A stretch of 62,919 nucleotides of DNA, counting the filler, from Platydemus manokwari (Eukaryota), in assembly GCA_037951405.1 (NCBI GenBank). It is 5 parts of 5 records of this genome, joined end to end, with 100 filler letters (N's around TTAATTAATTAA, not from the genome) between each part and the next. Parts side by side here need not be neighbours in the genome. Positions count along the whole stretch, not along the records: positions 1 to 12,066 come from JBBMOY010318891.1; positions 12,167 to 22,968 come from JBBMOY011104331.1; 3 more parts are not named here. The stretch is one strand, 5' to 3'. Positions within the stretch are counted from its first letter, which is position 1; each line of letters opens with the position of its first letter. Under the pieces are notes generated by a model. It saw only the letters and a list, made by a program, of their open reading frames with translations. It was not told where the DNA came from and searched no databases. This document shows, in pieces, positions 1 to 12,934 of this stretch. The position numbers were made by a program, and so were the translations under genes.

Positions 1-1724
1 TAATAAAATCAATATTTTAAATGTAATATTAATTTGTAAAAGATATTAAATTTTCAATAATTTTCTTAAAACCTAGTAAATTTTTAATAAAATTTTGTTT
101 TTGCTTAATTTAAATTTTAGCATTTAATTATCATTTCGAGTATAAATAGTGGCACAAATCACACTAAAAATTAGTTTGACTTTAATGATATTGAGACTTG
201 AAAATAATATTTTTTTTAACATTAATTAGCAGCAATAATGGTTAACCATTGATTTTTAATAGAAAAATTCAGCTACCATGTAACACATAAATCTTCAAAG
301 TGTTTTCAAATTTTTGTGAAACATTGTTTTATATGACTTGATTATTTTAAAATGGAATTCTTTAACATCTCATTTAAGCACATATTTCTGTTTCGAAATA
401 CAATTCTCATCTCCAGCCTAATATTTGTAAATAATTTTAGTTTTTTATTAAAGGTAAAAAACTTGTTTTTGAAATTTTATTTTATTTTTCTAATCGAATA
501 GTTTAAAAAAATCGATTTATGTTTGAATTGTAAATTCAGAAATCTTTTTTGCCATAATCACTAGAGTTCTATTGTGAATATATCTTTTAATATAATACTT
601 AATATATTTACAGATGCTTTGATTATATTGATATAAATAACTATTTTCGAATAAATTATTTTTGGTATTTTAAGTATTTTAAAATTAATTTAAATCTTGC
701 CACTTTTCAAGGAAAAACTAAAATCAATTCTAAAAAAACATTTTCATTGAATCGATATTAATTAAACAATAAATACCTCGTTTTTTAAATCTTCAATTTA
801 TTGACAAAATGCATCGATCTAGAACATAATTTAAGTAAAACGTTTTTTAATTAAAAAATCAATTCACTCAAATTATAATAAATGTTTGACTTCTTGAAAT
901 GTCTCATCAATTAAACAGATGATTAAATTGTATTTTTCCTAAGAAACTTTATCAACAAACAAAAGTGTTTGTAGAAATTATCGTTTTTGATATTTTGATA
1001 CCATGGTAACTCAACAAAAAAATGTACAAAAAATAATCAAGACATGAGAGATTGTTATCATATAGAGTGAAATAATATAATGATAATAAATAATAATGAA
1101 CGAAAAACGTTGTGACGATAAAATATAATTGGGCCAGATATTAATAAAGAAATCTTATTGAATAAACACTCTGAAAATGGTAAATTTGCGAATCTTTTAA
1201 AAATCTGATTTTGCAAATAAATTATAATTGGAAACCGATGATGGCTTTATCAGTAATAGATATTTGATGTTTATAATTTCTGAATCTTCACTTTTAAATA
1301 GAGTGATATTTCCATTCATCATATTGTGTTTCATATTCTGTTTATTATTTATTTATTTGGCCATCCATTACTTTTCCTTAAACATATAATTTATTTTGTA
1401 TTTTTCCATATCTAATATGAAAAGATGAATAAAAGATAATAAATTATAAATATTCCAAATTTTGGCCTATTTGTTTGGGAAATATTCTTTAATTTATTAT
1501 AGTTTATCAGTAGATAATTCAAACTAACAAAATTTTCGAGTAATTTATTTAAAACATAGGCATCTGTAATGTATTTATTTAATACGTCTAGTTGAATAAA
1601 TGGAATATCCATCTCGATTTATCACTTGTTCATAAAGTATTTCACTTAGTTTTATTAGCACGGTAATTATAAAATAATAATTATTAGAATTTGCAAATTT
1701 TCATTTGTACGTTTATGATGCGAT

Positions 1725-2507
1725 AACCATCGTTTCAGAATATCATTTTATTTTGTAATGACGAATAAATCTCTTTACTGTATTATGTTCTACTCAATTT
1801 ATCGATGTAAGCTCAAATTTAATTGAAGAAAATTTTGAATAAATGAAAAGTTAAATATAAAAATGCTAGTGATAAATGATGTCATACTGACTTTCATTAC
1901 AATTTTTATATTTTGTGTTGCACCACTAATTGGTGATTTGTAAATTTTAAAAGCAAAAATACAAAGCAACCCAACATTTGCCACCATAAGTATGGAAAAT
2001 AATACAAGTTGATAATAACGCTGCACATTGTAATATGTCTTGATAAGTAGTTGAAATTGTGCTAGGCAATAACTGCAAAACTATATGAAGAATTTCCATC
2101 GGTATTACCATTGTCAAAACTAATGAAAATAAAATTTTTACAACTAGAGATTTATTCCATTTGATGGTGACAAGTTTCAATATAGCCACCACTCTGTCAA
2201 TAGCCTATAATATTAAAAATTCAGTGACAAATATAATATTTAGTATTCCATAGTATATAATTAGGGCAAATTCTTTGACTTTATGTAGGAAAATGATTCG
2301 AATAAGCATCAACACGCAAGTTAAGTAATCTGTTGATGTCAATATTTTCGTAAGTCATTCTTTTACCTAATACATGAACAGGATATCTGTGAAATTGCAA
2401 CAGTAAAGCGCTGTTCAGAAACAATCCACATACATATAAACCACTAAAAAATCAATGAATTCCCTTTGTAATATTATTGTTTGTTTAAAGATTTCCAATT
2501 AATTCAT
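1725..2507 (-). pseudogene. Pseudogene of the orphan GPCR family (paralog of 7799..8671)
   Basis: Colinear similarity across frames to the intact copy (LQREFIDFL vs LQNELIDFV; VAILKLVTIKWNK vs VAILKPITIKWNK; NIKIVMKVSMTSFITSI vs NIKIVMKVSVTSFITSI). Broken by frameshifts and stops, split over ORFs 1947..2192 and 1799..2026, with a TAA two codons after the ATG at 2507. Confidence 0.88.
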
Positions 2508-5500
2508 ATTAGTAAGTTGAAACAACGGATCACCTTTTTATAGTTATAAAAATGTAATGAATCCATCCAATCAGATTATTGCCTTAGTGATGACATCCAA
2601 ATTATTCATATCTGTAAGTTTTAATATCAAGTTCTCCTTTAAATTCTCCTATCCAATCAGATTAACTCATAAAATACGACTTGCAAATGGTTTTGTAAAC
2701 ATGACGTCATAAAAATTGATTTGAAACATACTTAATGTTTTGATGATTCGTTTAAATCAAAATATATTTTATTTTATTAGAATTTGATTTGCGACATTAA
2801 ATATTTGTTTTATCAAAGAGTTTTATAGTTTTTCGATATTTGACACATTTTTAGTACTGAATTTGCAACATCAATGTCATACAAGAATTTTTATAACTGC
2901 ACAAAATACATTAAAATTTCCTGAATAACACAATGTCAATAACTGTGCAATTACTTTTGGGATTTCAATGAATTTTTACCCGACTAATTTAGTTAAGTGC
3001 GCATTTATAATATACATAAATAAAGTGAAGAGCAATTATTAAAAAAATTGATAAAATTCAGTGTGAAAAAACATAACTAAATTAAGCTAAATAATAATCA
3101 ATAAACTACTTCAAAAATATTTTGCAATTATTAAATATAAAAAATTTTAATATTAATACTTAATTTGTTTATTTAATTTTTATTATTTTTATTATTTTTC
3201 GTGTAAAATGTCAAATAAAATTATAATGAATTAAAACCATAATTTATAAATAAATTGTTTTTTTATTGTTTTAACGCGAAATATATTTTTCTATTTTGAA
3301 TATTTTCTAAACAAATATTCTTTTATTTTAAACATTTTTTTAAACATTAAAAATTACAATTAATATTTAAAATGTAAATGTGCTCATTTAAATTTGATAT
3401 ATTTTAATTGATTTTGTAACATATATTTTTGAGAGGTTACAGTAAAAATTGTATGCACTGAAAGGCAATGGTAGTTCCTAACTTTTGTATATCTATTTAT
3501 ATATTAAGAATTTATGCTGTATCTATTTTTGTAACCATGGTTTCATAATATCAATTCATATAGTTAAAACCAACTATTTTGTTTGTCGACTCAGTTTCTA
3601 AAGAATCAATCGATTTATTTATCTATTTAATTTTAGAAAAATGTTGTGAATTAGAGAATCATTAAAAATTTCATATCTTTGCTACAGTCTCTCAATTAAT
3701 TAGGATTTAGAAAAGAACCCAGTGTATTTTAGCCTTTACGTATCATTATTTATTACGTTCTAATTAAATTTACATTTTTTTCATCAGTAAATAATCAATA
3801 TAATTTAATATTATCGATATTTTTTTAACTGTTATTATAAAATATGAATAATTATTATATAATTTTTCTTTGATTTGATTTTTATTTAATTAGAATGAAA
3901 AAGTTCGAAGATTCTTCTATATCAATATAGCTGCACACGACTAATTTTCCTAAACATCAATGCAATCAATGATGCCTAAATTAATTTACTTTATATAATG
4001 AGAATAATTTTTAGTTCATAGAAAATTGAAAACAAACAATAAAATTTCAAAATCTACAAATTAGGTGTAAATTGTATTTCAGTAATAGCTGCCTGGATTT
4101 GCCAAACATTGAATATTTGTTGTGATTTTGATGAGTTTTTCTCTATCAATCAATATTACCAAACATTTTATTATAGCGCGCCAAAGTCAAAAGAAATTTG
4201 TAATTTTACTGAAAAACCTAATCAATTATTTTTACAATAGTATTGTATTACTTTTCCAATATAAATCTATATTTTATAAAATTATTTAGCAAAACAAGTA
4301 TATTAAATCATCTCACACGACCACAATATAAATTTACTTTGATGAAAATTAATTATACATGAGAAAAACACAACGCGTTATCACAATACTGGATTTTAAA
4401 ATTAAATATTAATTTAATAAGATCCCTAATTTTTGAAAATATAAAGAATCACGTTTAGTATATTTTAAAAGAAGTACAAAAAATATATAAAGAAAATTCT
4501 AAAAATAAATTCTAAAAAATGCATAAATAAGGTTTAAAGATCATATCTTTAAATCAAATTTCGTGTAAATTTTTTTTAAATAATCACCCAAAATAAGTTG
4601 ATCTTCATTCCTTTATATTCATGTAACTTTCCAAATGCTTTTTGAATTTTAAGTTCACTGGAATCTGTATTCCATTTCATACATTTGTCATAACAAAATA
4701 TAAATGAGAAACCAACTTTGAAACTTTTAATAAAATGTGGTGCTTTTGAAAATCGATCGTCAATCACTTTTAAATATCTCGAATATCAAAACTATTTATA
4801 GTAATTTTTTTTATCTTAATTTAAATTATTCTGATCAGAAATTTGTAAAATACTCTGGATGCATATAAAATATTCATATTATAGATATTATAAAAAAAAA
4901 TATTATGACACCAAATCGTACATTGCTCTCAAATCTTCTCTTCAAAACGCGTATTTAATATATAAATGAAAAATAATACATAAACATACGAATTTTAGTT
5001 TATCCTGAGAGCGAGTAAATTTCATTTAAATATTTTACTTTGTGAAAGCAAAAGTGAAACAAAAGCTTAACGAATGAGATAATTTACAATAATTCTAATT
5101 TTTTAATTATTTTTAATATTATTATTAAAAAAGATAAATACTTGTAAAATCGAAGTAAAATATTTAAAATATGTTGACAATTAGTACCTCCAAATTTAGG
5201 TTTTTAAATTCAATTTATAAATTAGTTTAAGTGAATTGAAATGATAATTTTATTAATTTTCAAATAAAACTTTATTTAAATACTATACTAATGCTAACAA
5301 AATTTAACTAATAAAATGTATAATTCATTTATAAGCAAAGTGACACTGAACATTAATATCATAATGCAAATCTATATGGTATAATTTATTAAAAGTACGT
5401 GATGTACTCGATCATTTATATCTTATTATTGTAAATGTTTATATCTATCAATAAATAATTATTAAAATCTTAATAAATCCTAAATTAAACAAAATAATGA

Positions 5501-7798
5501 AATTTGAAATAATATTATAACATTTAAAATCATAAATTCTAACAATAACGCATTTCAAAAAATTTGATTTCAAATATATCAAATACAATTAGGAATTTAG
5601 TGGTTTGATTTTCTTTCGAAAACAGAAGGCCTTCTCAAAACATTGAACGAGTTCGAGATTGTTTACCTTCTCTGAGCAACTATACTCAAACGTTTTTTGT
5701 CGAAAAGTAAAAACAGGACATTTCAAGACGAATCTTGCTGGAATTTACATTTACATGGAAATGTACACTGGCAGTAATTCAAATATTTAATTATTATTGA
5801 TAAATAAGAAACAAAGTGAGATATCGATATATATTTTTCGATCAAAATGACATATTTTTAAATATTATTCTGGATTATCACTACCAACAAATCTAACAGG
5901 AATACGTTACCTTTACTATACTGCTTAATCTATAATTAAAACGTTTCCCACTAATGGATTATTTGTAACACAAATAATAGAATTAGATGTGGAGCGACAA
6001 ATTTAATTTATTAATAACATGGCTGAACTAAATAAGTAGCCTGGATATAAATTTGATTATCAGAAAAGGAGCTAATCGTGGAAATGCAAAGTAGTTTCTG
6101 AGGAATACCTGTGTGACATGTTCCCAATGTTTAATGAAACATGAGAATCCGAGTAAGTGGAAAATGAGATATTAACGATAATGATAGAGAACAACGGAAA
6201 AATGGCAGATCAATGACGATGAGATAGAAATGATAAAAAGAGGGATTGGTCAAATCAAGAGAAAAAATAAAGTCACTTAAAGCGAGAGGAGCTGTTCACA
6301 AAAATATTTATCAAAATTTGCAGAGCTTTAAGAGAAACGAACATTTTAATTTTAAAGAATGTTGACAAATATTTAATATTTGTTTAAAATGGATGTATTT
6401 TAAAAATATATTATTTGTGTGGTAAAATTATGTCTTCTGGATAAAACATGGATAATGAAGCAGTGTTGGCAACTAATAGATACTATAATAATTTATATAT
6501 TAATAATTATTTGCATTTAAATATCCGTCCCGTTTTATTAAATTTTCATATTGTTCACAATTAATAATTTCTCATTATTTTCAAAATTTACAAACCAACC
6601 AATAATAATTATCATAATAATTATTTGGTGATTTATTTTATAAAACATTTAGATATGATTACAAGATTAAAGAATTTCAAAGTCAATTTATATTTGATTC
6701 ACGAACGTATTTGTCTGTTGACTAAGTTTCTCAAATAAAAATCGATTAATTTATATATTTAATTAAAGGAACGTTTTGACTAATCAGATGTTATTTATAA
6801 TTTCAGTTTATTGATTTCCTCTGCTTTCTAATTTTATACATTCTCTAAATAGATTCTGTCTCAAATTGATTTTTCAAGATACCTAAATCAATATTGTTGC
6901 ATCTATATTTTATTCATATTTATTTAATCATAATTCGTATTTTTAGAGTGAAAATTTGTTAGATAAAATGAGATTTACAAATCAAAATTAGATTTAAAAT
7001 AAGTTAATTGATTTAATATTAATTAACATTATCAATATATCCATTATAACTATAATTATATTATAAATTATATAATAATAATTATGTATTTATGAAAATT
7101 TCATTTTAGTTGGTAAGTATGTGTAATGGATGGTGACCAGACTTTCTCTGCACATCATGTTTTAGTAACACCAGTTTGTTTCTCCAAACCACCGAAAAAA
7201 CAAAGCAAACCTAGTAAAATACAATGTGCTTTATTTACTTTAATTAACACAATTTTACTAATAGCTTCGATTAATTTATTTCCAAGAACCATTTAAAGAA
7301 ACAGATTCATTTAAAATTAATAAATCTATAAATAATGAGTTTTTCAGTTCATGAAATAATTCTAGTTTTTCACATTTTGGTTGCGACTTCCAAATGGAAC
7401 CTTAACTTTATCTCATACTGAAATAATGTTTGATAAATTATTAGTAATATCAAGTTTCAATCCATCACAACCAAATTTGGACACAATGTCAAGATTTTTT
7501 ATTGTTATTCTGTTTTTATTTTAATTTTATACATGATCAAGCTCGAAAAATATTATTAACATTTACGATAAATTCCACAACGAGTACTATTAATACCAGC
7601 CATACTCTTTATCGTAAATAGTTTAGAATCAATAGCTAGAATCAACAGTCCATATTCTTATCAATCTGACTCATAATAAAATAAGATTTACAACCACAAA
7701 TTAAATTTATTAGTAAATAACAGTGAATATAACATAATAAATCAAATAAAAAAACACAAATTAAGTAACTTTTAATATTCTATTGTTTTCCTAACTAA

Positions 7799-8671
7799 TC
7801 ACGTTGCATTTTCAATTGGATAATTTCGCTCAAAGATCTTTCGTTTCAAATACTTGTTATTCATAATAAAAATAAGTCCATTTGATAAAACATTGAAGGT
7901 GCACATGTACTGATATACAGGTGGGAAATGTGCCGAAAATACTAAAAAATTATATAAATACGATGCAAATGTTGAAGTATATAAAATGCTAGTGATAAAT
8001 GATGTGACACTGACTTTCATGACAATTTTAATATTTTTTGTTGCATCACTGGCTGGTGATTTGCAAATTTTGAATGTGAAAATACAAATCAAAATAACAT
8101 AAACTAATAAATTGGTGATCATCAGTGTAGAGTATAAAACAATATAATAATAATGGTAAACAGTGCGTAATGTCTGCATTTTAGTAGTTGATAATAAAGT
8201 TTTGTATACCAGCACAATTGTACGAGGAATTTCCACCGGTATTAATATTCCAAACACGAATGAAATAAGTATTTTAATAATAAGATGTTTATTCCATTTG
8301 ATTGTGATAGGTTTTAATATGGCCACAAGCCTGTCAATAGCTAATAAATTAAATATCATAAATTCAGAGAATATAATAATATTTTCCATCGCATATAATA
8401 TTGTTTGAATATAAGCTCTTGCATAATACAAGCAAATGGCCCGAGAAAACATAAACACACAGGTTAAAAGATCTGTTGATGTCAATAATTTCATAATTAT
8501 TTCGTACGTCACTCGTTTTCCTAATACTTTAACAGGATATCTGTAATACTGCACAAGCAAAGCACAGTTTAAAAACAATCCACTTACATAAATCGGATAA
8601 TAAAACAGCACAAAATCAATTAATTCATTTTGCAATCTTATGGTTTTTTTCATATTTTGTGATACATCCAT
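7799..8671 (-). CDS. Intronless orphan class A (rhodopsin-like) 7TM GPCR, 290 aa
   Basis: First true ATG at 8671 (MDVSQNMKK). Seven hydrophobic segments, with GLFLN in TM1, LTSTDLL in TM2, LAIDRLVAI (DRY-like) ending TM3, and SNGLIF in place of NPxxY in TM7. Confidence 0.88.
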   Translation of the reverse strand: MDVSQNMKKTIRLQNELIDFVLFYYPIYVSGLFLNCALLVQYYRYPVKVLGKRVTYEIIMKLLTSTDLLTCVFMFSRAICLYYARAYIQTILYAMENIIIFSEFMIFNLLAIDRLVAILKPITIKWNKHLIIKILISFVFGILIPVEIPRTIVLVYKTLLSTTKMQTLRTVYHYYYIVLYSTLMITNLLVYVILICIFTFKICKSPASDATKNIKIVMKVSVTSFITSILYTSTFASYLYNFLVFSAHFPPVYQYMCTFNVLSNGLIFIMNNKYLKRKIFERNYPIENAT

Positions 8672-10477
8672 GTTTATTATATAAAACAAAAGTTAAATGT
8701 TAAACATTAAGTCTGGACAATATATTCTCTTTTATTATCGATTTATATACTAAGAAATAAGTCTAATTTGTCCAATTAGAATAGTTTAATATAGGTAACG
8801 TTTGAATAATGCATATAGAATTTATGTTTCGTAAAATGATTTGTGACATATCTATTGTTCTAGTAATTTTTTACATCTAAATTAATTATTTTAATTAAAA
8901 ATATTATTTGTAATTTTAAATATCATGAATTTATAATAGACTCTCAGCCATTTTATCGATTCATATATCAGATCTGCAACGAAGTTATTGATGAGATTTT
9001 CACTTTATTGAGTACAAAAATCGCTATAATTTCAAATAAAACAATAAGATTTCAGATTAAAACAATCAGTGGTGAATAATTTTAGAACTATTCTTATAAA
9101 TTTCAGTTTATTTTATTTATGTCATTAACATCAGTCAAATTCATTATAATAATTGATAATATGTATAAAACGGCATATTTATAAAACAAAGCACAACTTT
9201 TCTGCTTGTAAAATGAGGAACAATCAAGTAATTTTAAAATTATCCTTCATAATAATATTTTCCTAAAAATAACTGATAATGTCATGATATAATTGTTTAT
9301 AATTTTCCAATGAGTAAAGTCTACATTTAACTTATATTTATAACATTATATTTCATCAATAATTCTAATGATAGTGATGAAATTATTTATAATAAATTTG
9401 AATGTTCTTTCCGTTCTTTCATTATATTTTGCAATTTACTTTTCAGATTTCTCAGATGGTTTTAAAACTTGAATAAATTATAATATTACATCTAAATTTG
9501 ACATTGTTGTGTGCTCGTATTTAAGTTTAAATTTTTTATAGGGTTTACATTTATTGATTTAGAAATATGTTTCAATCAATATTACGCACATATAATTTTA
9601 ATAGCCAGTATTCTGAACATGTAATTCTCAAATACGAACGAATTGAAAGGAGCGAGTGTTTATGAATAGTCAGTTCGAGGACTGGCTATTAATATTACTT
9701 TATTCAAATTTTTAATAATGAGAACATCATAGACTTTTCAAGTTGAAAAAATTCCATAATGATAAAAATAACTTCCTGCCAAAATTGTTTTATGGTAACC
9801 CACAGGGAACATTTATCTTTTGTATTTTATAACTATAATTCATAATTATAATCTTTTAAGATAAAATTTTATTCATAAAATATTTATTTTACTGAATGTT
9901 CTTTTATTGCTGATATTGTTAGCTCTTCATTCAGATTTACTTCTCAATTTTAGGCACCAACAACATTTTGAATCAAAACTAATTTAATAATTCTATACGA
10001 AGTGAAATAATATAATAAATCTAAAGCAAATAAAAAAATAAGATTTGGATTTTTGTTATAAATGAAATATCAATAGCAATTTTCTACTATATAAATTTAT
10101 TAAATTATTATTTAAATCACTAATTTTAAGTGTGATTTGTGGAACACTTATTACTAGAAAACTACAAATGATTTTTAAATTTTGAACATCCTGATTATGA
10201 TGAGAAATCATACTTCTGTTTGTTATTGGACATTCATAAATTATTGATGAATTATCTAAAATTTGTAGTTTTATTTCAAAGAAAGTAGTTCCAGGTGTAT
10301 AAATTTATTGTTTTTTTATCCGAAAATAATGTTTAATTAATTTCAAATGAAAATTAAATTCATTTAGAACTTATTAAATCGATAAGTCAATAAATAATCT
10401 AGTTTATAGGTTTTGTGAATCAATATATTTTAAATTTAAATTTCAAATTCAATACTTTGATCATATAATATAAATTT

Positions 10478-11030
10478 CGGAGTGACCTGAATTTTTATGC
10501 GTTTAATTTCAATTACCGAGGTAGAACAAAAACTCTAGCAATTAATGCATCGCCTTGAAAGACAAACGAAGAAAGCCAACAGTGCCGGCGCTGGCATAGC
10601 TTCCCTGAAATCATGACACATGTACTACAGTGTTGCAAGCTGAACGAAAAGCTAAAATATGCTTGCCATGATGCATGCCTGAACAAAATTGTTGACTGTT
10701 TTCGATCAAAAAATATTATTGTAGTAGTGAACCAAATGTGCTAACTTTTACCGGAAAAAAAGAGCACATCTATTTATTGGTTACTGATGTAGAACGAAAA
10801 AAGATCTTCCAGGTAAACATGAAATATCCGATTGACACAATACTTAAGTTCCAGGAGTCAAACAAAAACAACATTATTCATTATACCGATCTTAGGAATG
10901 AGCTCGCCAAATGGAAACCAGATTTCAATATTGAGTTTTTTACGTGCATTATAGGCTGACTCGATACAGTGCCGGCCTCAACAGAAGTAATTTTAGAGAA
11001 AATCGGCGTGCCAAAAAATGAAATCTAAAA
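10478..11030 (+). mobile_element. Degenerate 3' region (CCHC knuckle + restriction-like endonuclease) of an R2/R4/NeSL-type non-LTR retrotransposon
   Basis: Manual translation AFNFNYRGRTKTLAIN..QCRRWHSFPEIMTHVLQCC..CHDACLNKI matches the CxxC..E..HVL..C..RHD pattern. A shifted frame continues ..HYTDLRNELAKWKP..TCIIG*LDTVP..ILEKIGVP, like the RLE C-terminal K..Y..L..IIG.LG.VP. Contains stops and a frameshift. Confidence 0.8.
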
Positions 11031-11148
11031 CCTACCAAAATATGAATTAAATAGAATTATTATAAAAATTATGAAAAGTATTAGCACCCAAAATGGGATA
11101 TTTAATTAAATTAAAGTAATGGATCGTGTAGGAATTATCAGTTTGGTA

Positions 11149-11168
11149 TACACACACACACACACACA
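11149..11168. repeat. (AC)n microsatellite
   Basis: Visible cacacaca run followed by (TA)n. Confidence 0.9.
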
Positions 11169-11309
11169 TATATATTTATATACTGACCACATTTAAAATT
11201 GTCGTAACCACAAACATTTATTCATCGATAGGATGTTCTTGTTGTTCTTGATTGTTAGATATTTATTAAGTAATTAATACTTTTAAATAATAATCACAAA
11301 TAGCTAAAT

Positions 11310-11745
11310 ATAAGTGGATATTGCTTCCGTTTACTACGTCATTATATCGACTATTTTAATTTTAATTAAATAAATTAATAATTAACTAAACTTAAATCTT
11401 ATTTTAAGCAGCAATGGTTTTTTCTGAAATTACATATTTTGATAAATATTTTGATTAGTATTTTCATCTTAAAATATATAATTCACCATTTAGTGTGGAA
11501 ACACGAAAGATTAAAACAGTAATGAAAGTCGGTGTTACATTTATCATCATGAGTATTTCGTATATTTCAACATTTGCACCTCATTTATACAATATATTAT
11601 ATCCAACGTCATCTTTTTCGTTTTTTTATAAATATATTTGCATCTTTAATGTTGTATCAAATAGGTTTGTTATTATTATGAAGAACCAATATTTGTAGCG
11701 AAAAGTATTTGAGCGAAATAATTCAATTTAGAAGATGGGATGTAT
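11310..11745 (+). pseudogene. Inverted, 5'-truncated GPCR pseudogene (TM5-TM7 part)
   Basis: KIKTVMKVGVTFIIMSISYISTFAPHLYN..YKYICIFNVVSNRFVIIMKNQYL*RKVFERK aligns with the intact copy's NIKIVMKVSVTSFITSILYTSTFASYLYN..YQYMCTFNVLSNGLIFIMNNKYLKRKIFERN. Premature TAG at 11696-11698; upstream part degraded. Confidence 0.85.
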
Positions 11746-11824
11746 TATGCAAAAGACTATTGATTTCTTTGACCATCTAAACACGTTATATAAATAGTTA
11801 GTTGGTATTATATATTCGATGTTA

Positions 11825-12066
11825 TTAGGGTGAACCAAAAGTTCTTTCTATTATACTAATCCAGACAAAGAAAATCAATGGTTGGACCCAGGGCAAATGA
11901 CGGAATCGGTTCTCAAGGAAGGTACTTTTGTGTGTTTGGTGAAATTTCGAAGGCGTATTTCACTTCGAACTGGTTACAAATGGTCAAAACATTGACGCAG
12001 ACCTTTTCTGCGCCCAACTTGATCGAATGTATGAGAAACTTGGCGAGAAATACCCCGCTTTGATCA
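11825..12066 (+). mobile_element. Internally deleted mariner transposon fragment, cut by the assembly gap
   Basis: TA followed by a TTAGGGTGAACCAAAAGTTC mariner-like TIR, then FYYTNPDKENQWLDPGQ and, frameshifted, KVLLCVW*NFEGVFHFELVTNGQNIDADLFCAQLDRMYEKLGEKYPALI, typical mariner transposase sequence. Confidence 0.85.
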
Positions 12067-12166
12067 NNNNNNNNNNNNNNNNNNNNNNNNNNNNNNNNNN
12101 NNNNNNNNNNTTAATTAATTAANNNNNNNNNNNNNNNNNNNNNNNNNNNNNNNNNNNNNNNNNNNN
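12067..12166. other. Assembly gap with artificial TTAATTAATTAA linker (same pattern at 22969-23068, 36581-36680, 53714-53813)
   Basis: Identical N44-TTAATTAATTAA-N44 structure four times; the linker gives stop codons in all six frames. Confidence 0.95.
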
Positions 12167-12217
12167 TAATTCAACAATCTGTTTATGGAATTTATTAAAT
12201 CTAATTTGGGATTACTC

Positions 12218-12285
12218 ATTTGTGGGCGTTATTCGTTTTGTGGGCGTTATTCGTTTTGTGGTTGTGGGCGTTTATTTGTGGGTTG
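12218..12285. repeat. Short tandem repeat, 18-bp unit TTTGTGGGCGTTATTCGT (two full copies plus degenerate ones)
   Basis: Directly visible next to the gap. Confidence 0.75.
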
Positions 12286-12934
12286 GATCCCAACAATCAT
12301 AAAATTTATAAAAAATATAATCAAACTTGATAATTTTCATACTTAATGTGAAAAAGTGTACTGATTTATTTTACTGAATTTAAACAATATCCCTAACCAG
12401 TTTATAAATTTAAGTCAACTATAAAGATAAGCAATAAATAGTAATTTGACTTGTCGAACATTTCCTTCTGGGGTTAATAAAAACGAGTTCATACCAAAAG
12501 TAATAAATTAGTAATATCGAATAATACTCTCCAATACTTTAAATTTTTATTGTAAATAATTATTAATGAATTCAATGAACATGATTTAACATTCTGCACA
12601 TGTGAAAACTAATACAACTTACAACCCAATCAGACAAAATGTTGAATCAATAAACATTCCCAAAGAAAGCCCGATTCATTATCAACACAATGACGAATAT
12701 GTAATCTCTGTAATTGAAATCATTCATTTCTTGTAGAACATCAAAAATAATATATAAGGCCAGTTATATTTTGATAAACACAAATAAATGAATAAATAGA
12801 CGAAAATCTGACAGTGACAAAAACGTTGTTCGAAAGCTATTTATTAACGAATCAAAAGTATAACATAAAAATAATTCAAGATAAATTGAAACTGCATTTT
12901 CCATCAAAGCTCACTAAAAATGATTCCATTAAAT

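Noticed and set aside
1200-1640. Exon-like open segments on the minus strand
   Set aside because: No consistent splice model or recognisable homology.
5610-5700. TEGLLKTLNEFEIVYLL resembling a hAT transposase segment
   Set aside because: Too short and degraded to call.
7380-7495. Minus-strand IVSKFGCDG resembling the Transib/RAG1 KWGCDG motif
   Set aside because: A single short motif; downstream conserved blocks are not found.
8163-8408. Antisense ORFs over real genes (also 15899..16141, 38596..38778, 40572..40807, 59365..59670, 61989..62183)
   Set aside because: Shadow ORFs of coding sequence on the opposite strand; no independent motifs.
12111-12122. Recurring TTAATTAATTAA palindrome (also 23013, 36625, 53758)
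   Set aside because: Always centred in N runs of identical length; a scaffolding linker, not biology.
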